NCBI GenBank assembly: GCA_965644295.1
Contig: CBFFRP010000239.1
Location: forward strand, 62,001-126,000
From: Paraphysomonas bandaiensis
Lineage: Eukaryota > Protista > Chrysophyceae
Direction of reading: 5' to 3'
DNA length: 64,000 nucleotides
This document shows positions 1-12,170 of the stretch, one piece after another. Every line of letters begins with the position of its first letter. The first letter of the stretch is position 1. A program made the position numbers and the translations under genes. The notes under the pieces were generated by a model. The model was not told where the DNA came from. It saw only the letters and a list, made by a program, of their open reading frames with translations, and ran no database searches.

Positions 1-344
1 GATGCATTAGTGTAAATATAATAGCACCTCATTCGTTGAAATTACATAGAATTCAGTTAAAATAAAATATTTACCTTGTGCTGTGCACTAAAATATTCAT
101 TACAATGTTGCCGAGATCTGGTACTTAACATCTAACATGTGAAATAGGTGCTAGCACTTTCAAAAACGTTCAAGTTTAATACGAGCATTAACGAATGTTC
201 TATTCTGTCTATGTACGGATCATGTTAAGACTTGCGGCAACATGCCCCTATGTCTGTAACAAAGTAAGAATAAATCTACACCAGGCAGATGCAATCAATG
301 TTGGGGCCTATTACGTACAACATACTTTCGACTATGCACTGATT

Positions 345-3300
345 CTACGAATGCTTCTTGCGCTCGGTTCTCTTGGATAAAGTCGCTTTCTTGTATTGCT
401 TGATGTCACCATCAAATCGACGCACAGTTTGCTTGCTCACAACCCAAATTTCATTGCAAACTTGGTTGATAAAGTACTGGTCATGACTAATGACTAAAAC
501 TCCCCCAGTAAAATCTTGAAGAGCTCCTACCAAAGCTTGAATAGCTTCCATATCCAAATGATTGGTCGGCTCCTACAAAATACAATCGTATTGAGGTACA
601 TAGCAACACAGCTTTCTGCGCTTACATCAAGAAGGACAACATGCGGTTTCGCAAAAGTTAAACACGCAAATGCGACCCTGTATATATCCCCATTAGAACG
701 AACACTGCCCGAGCAAACACACTACCTGCTCTTTTGACCTCCACTAGAAAATTTCATAGGCTTCAAAGCATCATTTCCGGTTACTTCATATCGACCTAAA
801 TGGGCTCTCAGCTCAGGTTCGGTAGCTTTCGGCCATCTACAATCAAATTCATAAAGCCCCAAAAATAATGGGAGACATCAGCAGAATGCTGATATACATA
901 AAAGTTCAAATTATGAGAAAGTGTACCTTTTCATCATATTCGACAAAGGAGACCCAGTCAGGTCAAAGTCATCCATGTGGTGCTGCGTGAACACAGCAAT
1001 GCGTAGCTGTGGATTCACATGTACATAACCCTCCTACATTCGATATAATAATATTAACCATACTCGTACCCATAGAAAAATCACAAGATTCACCATTGGA
1101 TTCAGCTTGTTTTGAACCAACTTCAGCAATGTACTCTTCCCTGCTCCGTTAGGGCCAACCTATACATACGGCACTGAGTATCACAATCGTAAGCAAAACA
1201 TTATTTTACCAATGCTATACGGCTGCTTTGATCGATTGACATGTGAACATCTCGAAATAAGATCTGCAAACACGTCGATAAATCCATGCCACGACAGTCA
1301 AGATTACCATACATCTCTAGGATTATAACCAAAAGTAACCCCTTCAATTTGAATAATAGGGCGCCCAAGTTGACCCGCATCCTCGAATCGAAACCGAAAA
1401 CCATCAAATTCCTCTTCCACTGCATCTACCACCTAAGATGAAAACCACCATTATTCTAAACACCACATCGTCATCACATCCCCAGATACCTCTTCTCGGG
1501 CAATAGCCTTTATACGCGATTGAACTAAAGAAGCACGCTTCGCATTGGTTCGAAACTTATCAACAAACTCCTACAAATCAAACAACATGAGCTCACTCTG
1601 CGCACATATGTTCACATATTCGAAATGTTGGTATCTAAAGGAATCTTTCTATATTAGTCATTGCACTGCAATGGGTCGATAAAGTTCATATAGGGGTAGT
1701 CTCTCCACCTGCATATGGTTGACTTTCACCATCTGCGCTTCATGTTGTCGTTGTTGAACTAGCAACTCCTACGCACACATTACTCAAAATGCAGCAAGTA
1801 GTAATCAATTGTACCTCCTTTCTAGTTCCCTCAAAATTGTCGTAGTTACCTACAATAATGTCATCTCTCAGCTGTACGATTCGTACTCTGTACGGTGCAT
1901 TCTTACCTCGGTAGTATAACAATTTAAGATTTTTAACCAAAACAATGTCAGTGCATATTTCATTCAGAAAAGCCCTGTGATCAGAACATCAGTATCCATA
2001 GTGTACACATTCGGTATATTATAAACACCTGTCATGTGACACGAGTAGTATAGTTTTCTTGTAATGGGTCAAATACTCCTGTAGCCACAAAACCGCTTCT
2101 AAATCTTTATGTAGATTAATACAAGCATCTGAAATCGGTCAATTTCGTACCAAGATGATTTGTCGGCTCGTCTATGCATGTAAAAATTAGTCAGAATATT
2201 CACAATATGCAGTGTAGTACCTAACATGAGAAGATCTGGTTCGATGAACAGTGCCCCGGCAAGTGCTACTCTCATACTGCGACAATAACCACTTAGAAGC
2301 GACCGTCCACACTTACATAATGATTCGCAGGAATGAAATGTGCACAGTCTACTCGGAAAGTGCATAGTGGACACATGCAAATGATACTCACCGCCAACCG
2401 CCTGATAATGCAGAAGTCGGGGTATTTTGCATCTCTTCACTGAACTATATTCATAACATTACAATAATGCGCACATACATTAAACATCAACCACATAGTA
2501 TTCCGACGAATAATACTACATTACACACAATGAACGCAAGACATAAATACTCCTCATAAATTCTACGGGATTGGCAATTTAAGAGTCGAATACTGTATGG
2601 GTATTTAAAACAGCAGATATATCCATACATATCAGCAACAACTACGCACTTGTAATCCTGTGAGGATAGTAGCAGCTCGTCCTTCAGCTGAGTCGGCACC
2701 GATCTATATATATGAAAACCGACACGCGCATTCAACAGTGAATTTCGTTGCACTTCCAGCACACATCACACCTGAGTCATTCTCTCGTATATCTGTCCCA
2801 GTTCAGCGGCAATCTGTTGTACTTCCTCGGCTTCGTTATTCTCTGCCTCCTATACACAATACATTCCATTTAAAAGCGCGGTTCAGGTCAATGGGATGAC
2901 ATACGTCTTGCTTGGCGAGGAGCTCTTTCTCTCGGGCGAGGAGTTGGTTTCTCTCCACATCAGCCTGTAGTACAACCTACAAAGCGGAACCACAGTTTCA
3001 GAAAAAGAGCAAAGCGCGTATTTAACTGCATCTAAGGTTATTATGATGCATTATAATATGCTATACTTTCACGGGTATATTTTTTGTATATATGCATACT
3101 AAATGTTCTCAATATAAGTCACGCGGTATATGTCAGGTGTTACCTGCAAAACGGTGTCTTCCGATGTTTTTACTTCCTGTTTCACATGTAGCACTCTATG
3201 GTGAGTTGGAAACCCTTCAATATCAAAACTAGCCATATGCTTCAATAAAGTCGTCTTTCCAATCCCATTTCTGCCAACCAATCCATACCTCCTGCCATAG

Positions 3301-3908
3301 ACGAGTCTCAAATCTGCCCCTTCTAATAAAACCTTTCCCCCATAAGAAATAGTAAAATTATGAACATGAATATCTTTTTCATTCGATTTACTATTCAAAT
3401 CGGGAAGAGTCATAGCACTTATTTGAGCATCATCATCCTCCTCACCAACAAACTTAGCTTCCAGTTCCTCCAACCATTTCTTTTGATCTTTCACAATCTT
3501 TCTCTCAAATTTAGCGGAACCAGTATCACTCAACTCAATAGTATCATTCTTCTTCTTTCTGATACTATCAAACCCCCACATAGTATCAATAGTGGCTTGC
3601 TCTGACTCAGATAGCAAACTCTTCGCCTTCTCACTCATCGTAACAGTGCTGTCCAACAATGCCGGGTCCTCTACCTGCACTTGATCAGTTACCCCTACCT
3701 CTCTCAATCGAGAACACAGTTCTCCGATCATATCAAATGCTTTCTCCTCACTATCTGCTATACCATAACTCTCAAGGAAGGGTCCGAGTGTCTCTCGCAT
3801 AGATTCTTCGTCCATTGCATTATCAGCAATCATGCCTTCAAAGTAATCAAGAGTATCACTATCCACATCAGATAATACATCTTCGAGTATTTGTCGTACA
3901 GAGCTCAT
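345..3908 (-). CDS. ABCF3: ABC-F family ATPase (GCN20/ABCF3), about 19 exons
   Basis: Spliced model gives two NBDs: GRNGIGKTT / LSGGWRMR / DEPTNHLD / SHD and GPNGAGKST / SSGGQKSR / DEPTNHLD / SHD. No TM domains; long N-terminal extension. ATG at 3908; all introns GT-AG. Confidence 0.93.
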
Positions 3909-4085
3909 GGTGTTATATATATGGCAAGTAGAGGGGTTGAATAGTGCTGACATCTCTGACTTAAGCACATCGCAAGACACATACACATCCTCATATATAC
4001 AATTCCATTAAAAACGCCGATTTTCACATAATTTTAGTCTTTTTATAGAATTTTCCAGTTTATTACAACTTTTCGGAATATACAT

Positions 4086-4218
4086 AGATTTGGGAATATG
4101 TTTTTGGAACATTTTGAGACGGATATTTGTTGCTGAAAATGTACAAGGGGGGGGGGTTTTGGCTAATTTCCTGCAACAAATGTTGCTCAAAATGTTACAA
4201 AAACATGTTCCTAAATCT
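4086..4218. repeat. Imperfect inverted repeat (arms ~55 bp) around a loop with a G10 run
   Basis: 4086-4140 approximates the reverse complement of 4166-4218; motif TGTTGCTGAAA/TTTCAGCAACA is reiterated nearby. Confidence 0.7.
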
Positions 4219-4429
4219 CTATTTTCAGCAACATTTCAGCAACATTGTCATATGTTTTCCCACATACTGGATATTTTTCTCAATACCCCTGATATCTAGA
4301 CCCCATATTCCTGGTATTCGGGATATTTGGCGTATCTATGCTGTACAGCCACTCCTGCCTATGCTTGTGCATTGCCAGACGCCACTCCCTCATACATAAG
4401 AACATGCATCTTATCTTGGATCTTAGAAC

Positions 4430-4586
4430 TATCGTATCGGCATCCTTTGTGTATTTTTGTTCCAAGATGCCTCTAATATTGAGACAACAATTATATGTAT
4501 TCCAGCCGCAGTTGTACTTCAGTATTATAGAAGTTTTCTGCTTCAATTATTTTCCGAAAAATAACATGCTGACTGCCGATACGATA
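4430..4586 (+). mobile_element. ~150 bp TIR element (MITE-like family A), copy 1
   Basis: 13 bp perfect TIR TATCGTATCGGCA...TGCCGATACGATA; internal sequence shared with 11875, 17433 and 49296. Confidence 0.8.
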
Positions 4587-6451
4587 TTCGGTCCCTCTCT
4601 TAACTGTATGGATTCCATACCCAATTACCTTAACAGCTGATGCTATAGAGAGATAGAGACGATCAGCAGCTATGGAGTACACCTCTAACCAGTGCACATG
4701 TCTCTGCAACAGCTTCCCTGCTATAGCAACGTATATGTCGACTGTATGCCCCAATCACAATAACATATAATACAAAGCTGTAGTATATCGTTGCCCTTTA
4801 CATGGTTACATAAAACAACTGAGCTGTACGTACACTCGAACTCAATTATTATAATTGTGATTAACATCTCTTAGCATTTTATCATTTATTGTCATTCGCT
4901 ATACTGTTTTTATACCCAGTACATACCTAACATACTTTATGCTGACCACATACGTATTCAATCTTTACACATAGCTACTACTACGTAACAAATCATTCAT
5001 CACACACTCCTCCGTTCAATACATGCACTCTACACACTGTGTGCTCATGCAGTCATGCATAACTATGTGCACCCCTACTACACTCACTTATTTTATCCAT
5101 AGATTCAATGTCAGCTTCTACTTTCAACTACTATTAAATGGTCTTAACATTTCATACTATTGGAGTACGATAATACCTAATGAATCAAATTAATTAAACT
5201 ATCCTTACTATAAACTTGTGATTTACAAGTCATTAAAATATGACTTTTTCTTATACTACACAATGCTAAGCGGAGCGCAGTGAGAAATCAAATTAAAAGC
5301 AGAATATCAAACACTGAAGAAGTATTTGTCGACTGATAAATAAAAAGCTGCATGAAGTCAATGCAAGTGATCTGGGCAATCTAAATTCGAAACTGAGGCA
5401 TTGCAACAATATTTCAAGCATTATGCTGGAAAGTTCGAATGCCACTGCTAATGCTGAAAGTAATATGAAGCGTTGACATTTGGTCCTTTCAGGGTTGGCA
5501 TCAACAAGAAGTTACTTTGTTGGTGTGTCGTAGTTCGTAATGAATAGGGGTACAGTAGTTGTAGCTATTATTGATACTTGGGAGTGATTGTTTAGAGTTA
5601 ATTTAGCACAGTACCACTCCTTTGTGTCAATGCCATTGATTTGAACAATACTTTAATTTTGTTTCAAAATTTTGAGCTTGGAACGTTGTAGTCTCCTTAT
5701 AACTCGTGGTTAAATGTTAAATATACCTACAACGGTTCAAACTTCACCTCTGGAGGACATAGTTCATATGCCGTATAAACGGGATACCTCTAATTTGATG
5801 TAAAAGTTATTTTATTCTAAATTATTTTAAGTAGTTTTAAATGTATATTGCGTTGTTTAGTGTTCAGAAAATATGTAAGATTGAATATGAATAATTGATG
5901 AAGATTTAATCTTAATAATAGTAAGAGGAATGTTGTGGTTATTAGAATGCAAAATTGATGAGTAATGAACAAAGTAGTGTGGGAAGTGAATAAATATGCA
6001 GCTGGAACATAACTATTTACTGTCACGTGCAACTGAATAATTAGAAATGTAACTGACAATGACGATCGTTATAATGACGATCATGAACCTTCAACATATA
6101 CTATCATTAATTCAGTTTGTGATATATTTCATTGATCAATATAACACACGTATATACTATCGTATATTAAGACTGGTCTTTATTATATAAATACATCATG
6201 GATGGATATCAAAATAGTTTGTTACATATATTACAATATTCTCATATGTCATACAAATGGCTGGAATTCAAACTTAAGTCTACGGTTATGCCATGTAAGG
6301 GATAATCACATGATTGTAACGTTCCTTCCTAAAAAATAAGCTATATTAGCGTAATAGTAAGTCCATTGGCAACATGAAGGAAACCACTTCACAACATCCA
6401 ATCATCTACCTCGAGCAGCACAACAACAAGTCCGTTCACTCTCTATAGACA

Positions 6452-7834
6452 TTACAAATCCTGTGCAAGAATCCACAACACAATATTCACGTGTCGATGC
6501 AAAGCAGCATATTGGATAGCCTGTGCTTTATCCCATGGGCATGGTGGGTCCTGTGAACGAAGCCACTTCAGAACATCCAAGTGCCCATCTTCTGCGGCAA
6601 CATTGCAAGTTTCTTCATGCCATGGACATGGAGGGTCCTGTGAACGAAGCCATTTCAGAATATCCAAGTGTCCTCCACTAGCAGCATTATTGCAAGTCCA
6701 TTCATTCCACGGACATGGTGGGTCCTGTGAACGAAGCCATTTCAGAATATCCAAGTACCCACCACTAGCAGCCGCATTGCAAGTGGCTTCATGCCATGGG
6801 CATGGAAAGTCCTGTGAACGAAGGCACTTCAGAACATCCAAGTGTCCTCTAGCAGCAAGTGCCAAGCTAATCCGTTCATCGCATGGACAAGGTGGGTCCT
6901 GAGAACGAAGCCACATCAGAACTTCCAAGTGTCCACCCTCCACAGCAAATCGGCAACACTCGTCATGCCATGGACATGGAGGGTCCTGTGAACGAAGCCA
7001 CTTCAAAACATCCAAGTGTCCATTCTCTGCAGCCAAAAGGCAACACTCGTCATCCCATGTATATGGAGGGTCCTGTGAACGAAGCCATTTCAGAATATGC
7101 AAATGACTATTCGAAACAGCTGCATGGCAAGCTATTTTGTTCAAAGATGATGTAAGATCAAATGTTTGAAGCCACTTCAGAACATCCAAGTGTCCATCAG
7201 TAGCAGCCTCGAAGCAAATCCAATTGAAATCCCATGGACATGGAGGGTCCTGTGAACGAATCCACCTCAGAACATCCAAGTGTCCACAACGAGCGGCAGC
7301 ACTGCAAGTACGTTCATACCATCTACACGGAGGATTCTGTGATCGAGCCCACATCAGAATATTCAAGTGTCCTGCTTCTGCGGCAGCATTGCAAGTTTCT
7401 GCACTCCACGGACATGGAGGGTCCTGAGAACGAAGCCACCTCAGAACATCCAAGTGTCCACCTCTAGCAGCATTAACTGCAGCTTTGCAATCATAATTAT
7501 CACTCCATATATATATAGGTTCGTATGAAAGTATATTATGGTGGGTGATGATAAGATTGATGTGCTCCAGCTGCTCGAGTCTACCATCTGCTGCACATCT
7601 ATTCACTAGCTCGATATGTGGGCAGCCCATAGACAGAGCCCACGTGACCATTGAGTTGGTCATACAGAAGTGAGATGCATGGGACTGTACTCTCCCTCTC
7701 CTCTCCTCTCTCATGGTGGCAGCCATATCGTGAAATCTCTTACAAGTCATGATCACTGGAAGGAGAGCCGTGTGTGGGATCATAGAGATGATCAGACGCA
7801 GCACATCATCGTTAAGATCAGATATATTCGACAT
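6452..7834 (-). CDS. F-box-like plus ankyrin-repeat protein (about 11-12 repeats of 29 aa, GHLDVLKWLRSQDPPCPW), intronless
   Basis: 460 aa ORF; N-terminal LNDDVLRLII F-box-like segment; 87 bp tandem unit visible in the DNA. Confidence 0.88.
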   Translation of the reverse strand: MSNISDLNDDVLRLIISMIPHTALLPVIMTCKRFHDMAATMREERRGRVQSHASHFCMTNSMVTWALSMGCPHIELVNRCAADGRLEQLEHINLIITHHNILSYEPIYIWSDNYDCKAAVNAARGGHLDVLRWLRSQDPPCPWSAETCNAAAEAGHLNILMWARSQNPPCRWYERTCSAAARCGHLDVLRWIRSQDPPCPWDFNWICFEAATDGHLDVLKWLQTFDLTSSLNKIACHAAVSNSHLHILKWLRSQDPPYTWDDECCLLAAENGHLDVLKWLRSQDPPCPWHDECCRFAVEGGHLEVLMWLRSQDPPCPCDERISLALAARGHLDVLKCLRSQDFPCPWHEATCNAAASGGYLDILKWLRSQDPPCPWNEWTCNNAASGGHLDILKWLRSQDPPCPWHEETCNVAAEDGHLDVLKWLRSQDPPCPWDKAQAIQYAALHRHVNIVLWILAQDL

Positions 7835-8385
7835 ATCAACACTGATTCACAGTTTATATGAGGCCCATAGAGTGTAGATACGCTACTAGATAATGAGGTG
7901 AGATGGTATCATATACATACACACATATCCATATATAAGCGTATATCATTCATTACATTGGCATATCTTCACATCATATACAGCAGTACATCACACCAAA
8001 GAGGAAGAAGTACGAAGTGAGAAGGTGTCGAGGTGAGTGGGACTTCAATTTAGCTCCATACCACACTCCTGCTGAACTGTGGTGTACGTACCACAGAACC
8101 TTGTCTAAATCCTAAATCCACAACACTTAAATCCATAAACCCATGAAAACTATCGCATCTATTGCAAAATATCCTGCTTTTACGAATTATCTTCCAAGTG
8201 TGATACATTTTGGGGGGTTTTCACGGCTCGGTTCCAAGTGTGATGTTTGATGCAAATATCCAGGTTTTTGAGAGAGGGGCTTTCCGGTATGTACATATAT
8301 ATAGATACTGTGTACATGTACATACATAGATATCCTTTGGACAACCAGACCAGTACATCAAGGACATCACACTGTTCTACACTCA

Positions 8386-8699
8386 TGACTTGCTCACAAT
8401 TCTTCACAATTCATAAGCGGCGGGTAAGATTAACAAACAAGTATATCAGCTCAGGATTAATGGATTGCACAGAGTCATTCCCGGATTAGGAGTCCTTAAG
8501 AGACCACATGATTGAAATTGCCAGTGACGGTGGTACACTCCACGGCAAGCAGATCTAATTCGATCCGGAGATCAAGCGCGGAAGCGGTAGAATTGTCATG
8601 AGGTGTATGAATCATCTCTGCCAGCTACGTTTGGTTGGAAGGAAGGAGCGCGACGGCACATATTCAACGGACAGGGTGCTAGTGTCCAAAAGCACTTAG
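8386..8699 (+). pseudogene. Decayed MuDR/FAR1-type transposase N-terminal (WRKY/GCM-like) fragment
   Basis: Frame reads ESFPD*ESLRDHMIEIA...QI*FD...RIVMRCMNHLCQLRLVGRKERDGTY with two in-frame stops; C-x4-C-x-x-R-L pattern typical of MULE DNA-binding domains. Confidence 0.45.
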
Positions 8700-8727
8700 T
8701 AGTGGACGAGAAAAATATGACTAGGCC

Positions 8728-8972
8728 TTTGTCGTTAGAGAGATGTACTACACTGCCCAGCTTTCTCGGTATGTATTAAAGATAGTGCAGTTGGCCGTCG
8801 AACCGTGAGCACTAAGTAGTTGCAGGTACACGCCAGCTGTTTAGTGCTCACGTTTGAATAGCAAGTGCTGTTACCTGTAACTGCTTAGTGCTCACGATTC
8901 GACGGCCAACTGTACTATCTTTAATACATACCGAGAAAGCTGGGCACTGTAGTACATCTCTCTAACGACAAA
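8728..8972. mobile_element. Foldback element / MITE with ~100 bp arms
   Basis: 8728-8828 is the reverse complement of 8872-8972 with about 5 mismatches. Confidence 0.85.
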
Positions 8973-10400
8973 ACATCATACAAAGACAGAAACACAATAA
9001 TGTACAATATGTACAAAACTTATGGTACTACCGACTGTCTTACTACGTTTCAACCAACGCAATAATTACAATATATTCAGGGCATTATCATATATATATA
9101 TACCCCTATCTGCGTACATAAATATATACATACACACCTGTGATGCCTTGCCATGAACGATACAAGGGCGGCCGTGTCGTTTTTATGTATACCGTAGTAT
9201 CATTTAGTCGAGATAAAGTAACATTCACTACATCGTATCTGCACAATACAGCAAGCCAAAATAACTTAAATGCATTTTAAGGCACATCATACCTACCTGT
9301 ATATACATGTAACATACATGTGCTTGATCGTTGGTGTCGAGAAGTGAGTCTAACATCATGCAAGGGGTGTTTTAACTTTAAAAACATTAGTATCTGAAAA
9401 TTGATTTTATTAATTGTAAGAATAAATTCGAATGAGAAATTGAATACTACTCGATTGTCAAACATTATTAAAGATAGTAACATTTAGAAAAAAATTCCAA
9501 TTATCAAAGAAAGCTTCATCAGAATCCAAAACCAAATTCAAAACACGAAAGAACAAAACCACGTGTTCCAAAGCCGTAAAATAGTGAAATTTAAAATGTG
9601 GCCTACGGTGCACGTATATTTCATTGCGTGTTAGTGTGATCGCTTGTAGAGTTGTGTTTACCAATTACGTAGACAAATGAGAATGATATATATATTTTAA
9701 AAACTTTTTAACAGTATAATTAACATTACTTATCTCGATTAAATCTATAAAAATCATGATCTAGTGCTGTTTGTACTGTTTTCTTTGTGCATTGGGTGAT
9801 ATGGTTCATTATTTAACATATTGTAAATTTAACTTTTGTCTTCGTTACTTGTTTTGCTCGCAGTGTATACCAACATGCTACCTGCCAGGAGCTACCTGCT
9901 AGTTCTACTTGACAGTGCATAATACACTGTCTTTTAGATACGACACAATGATATTTTACGCTCCAGTGATATGTGTCCTTTTCATAGTCCATCTTACCCA
10001 CAATAAAAGATAGAAGACTGATTATCGACTATCCACGAAACTTATAAATTATAGATGTGATGTGTATACTTAGGGTAGAAAGTAAGTGCTGGTGGTTGGT
10101 GATACAAGTATTGATCCTCATCCGGAGTATTCACACACTACACATACTCATTACAACAATCATTGGGACTTCCTAGTAACAGCGTGACATAAAAAGCAGA
10201 AAAAACATAAGTAACAACAGAAATTCCAAATCAAAATGAAAATAGCGTATTATTATTGTTATAAATGCGTACAGTACGTTAAAATCAGAGATATACTCAC
10301 AAGGTCGGTAGGAAAATGGTCACTGTAGACATCAGACCGCACTCGTGTAGAAGATACCCCATATATGACCACTAGTAATAGAACGCACTATGAAAAGAGA

Positions 10401-11564
10401 TTACTTTTTCATTCGAGCTACGCGATTGGCTTGAATTTTGTCCTCTAGAACATCCCCTGCAGCCTTGAACCCTTCCGCACCACCGTATTTGAAGAATATT
10501 ACTCCAAGAGCAAAAACTGTCATGAAAGCATTCGATTTCAATGCAGCGACAATGCTTGGTCTCCCACCATAACGTGTAGGCACTCCAACAACTAAATCAT
10601 TACTCTTCTCTCCTGGGGTAAATATTTAGATAACGAGTACAGAAGCTAACATTGCAAACCTTGGTTGACAATTCCGTGCCAAAACCATGGTGGATTGATT
10701 AACACATCACCAGGATTCAAAACCGCAGTGTACCTCTCAATTTTGTTCATCCAGGGTGACACAGTTTCTCCGTTCTTCCCCACCAGGGTGTGTGTGTGAG
10801 CAGAAAACCCATTGACATTAATGGATGGCTTTAGGTATGGTGTCTGCGAAGGAGGGATAAACCACCACTTTTTCCGACCAACCATCTGGCGAAATCTGTG
10901 CACAATACAAGTTCAGTCATATCATAACATAAACGTTTGCTTACATGTTGACTCCTATGGCAGAATGAATATCTGACCCCATATCTTTAAGACCCATGAA
11001 AATCTGAGTGGAGACCCGCTCACTGGGCTCTAACATCTTCAGACGATCTTCTTCAACCATAGCAGCCAAATCTGGGTTCTTTGTGAATATCTTGGAGGCC
11101 CCAGAAATGTAGAAAGGGTTATTGCGCTCAATTTCCTCGAAGAAATCTCTAATAGTGCAAGAGGGCCTGACATGGTCAAGAGTACCACAAAGAATTGCTT
11201 CATCAGGATAGTTTTCCAACCACCACTCAGGTGATGACCATTCCTTTACACCACTTGTATTCACAAGTACCTCACGTATAACAATAGGGAAAGTAAACCC
11301 ATGACTCAAACGAATAACATCTTCTTTTGTAAAGCTGTTTGCATGCAGCTCAGGTATAGAGAGCTCTTCTCTCTCCGGCAAACGAGACACAAGAAAATTA
11401 TGATACTCATTAAATGCAGCAGATTCAAATATCTTCCATGGTGTGAAGTAATCCGCTAACATAAATATATATATCCATAAGTTTGGCAAGTAAACGAGTG
11501 TGATTACTATGAGAGCAGGCAGGCCGAATATATACAGCTGAGGGTTACGCTTTCCTTTCGCCAT
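10401..11564 (-). CDS. Membrane-anchored JmjC/cupin-8 Fe(II)/2OG enzyme with HxA...H metal motif, 3 exons (11564-10945, 10895-10660, 10612-10401)
   Basis: Spliced sequence SDIHSAIGVNIFRQMVGRKKWWFIPP...LNPGDVLINPPWFWHGIVN; JmjN-like FPIVIREV; hydrophobic N- and C-terminal segments. Confidence 0.85.
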
Positions 11565-11874
11565 TACAGCGATGAAACAACAGGTAAATGATTAGCTATT
11601 CACTGGCAAATAGTGTATTGGTTATGGTGTTTGTAGGTGAGGAGTATCAATACATACCCGCCATATGCCACTGAGGACTGACTGCTCTGCTGCTGTATCT
11701 AACAGCAGCTCTATACCATACATACATACATATACATACATATACATACATATAGAGGTGGATATACACTGCAACCTCAACTACACAACGTGGCACAACG
11801 TGGAATTAACCATTCACCCCCCCTCATTCTTATATCCAATCATTATCCTTCCTCTTAATTTCATTCGTCAGATC

Positions 11875-11995
11875 GTATATTTTTGTTCCAAGATGCCTCT
11901 AATATTGAGACAACAATTATCTGTATTCCAGCCGTAGTTGTATAACAGTAATGTAGAGGATTTCTGCTTCAATATATTTCCGAAAATGAGATGCT
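11875..11995 (+). mobile_element. MITE-like family A, copy 2 (ends truncated)
   Basis: Near-identical core TTTTTGTTCCAAGATGCCTCTAATATTGAGACAACAATTAT...TTCCAGCCG to the copy at 4430. Confidence 0.78.
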
Positions 11996-12170
11996 ACGTT
12001 CGTCTGGAATATTCACGGATTCTTCTTTTGGTCGTATTTCTCCAGTTACAGAAATCTACGTAGATATACGTGAAGCAATGTCACGGACATGTCAATTCTT
12101 ATACATACACACACCTGCATGAATCACAATTAAAGCATTGAAGAACTTTTACAATACAAACGCCATTACA

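Noticed and set aside
6603-7467. Plus-strand repeat ORFs (HGHGGSCER)
   Set aside because: Antisense shadows of the ankyrin repeats.
8100-8150. Telomere-like CCTAAA hexamers
   Set aside because: Few and degenerate; not an array.
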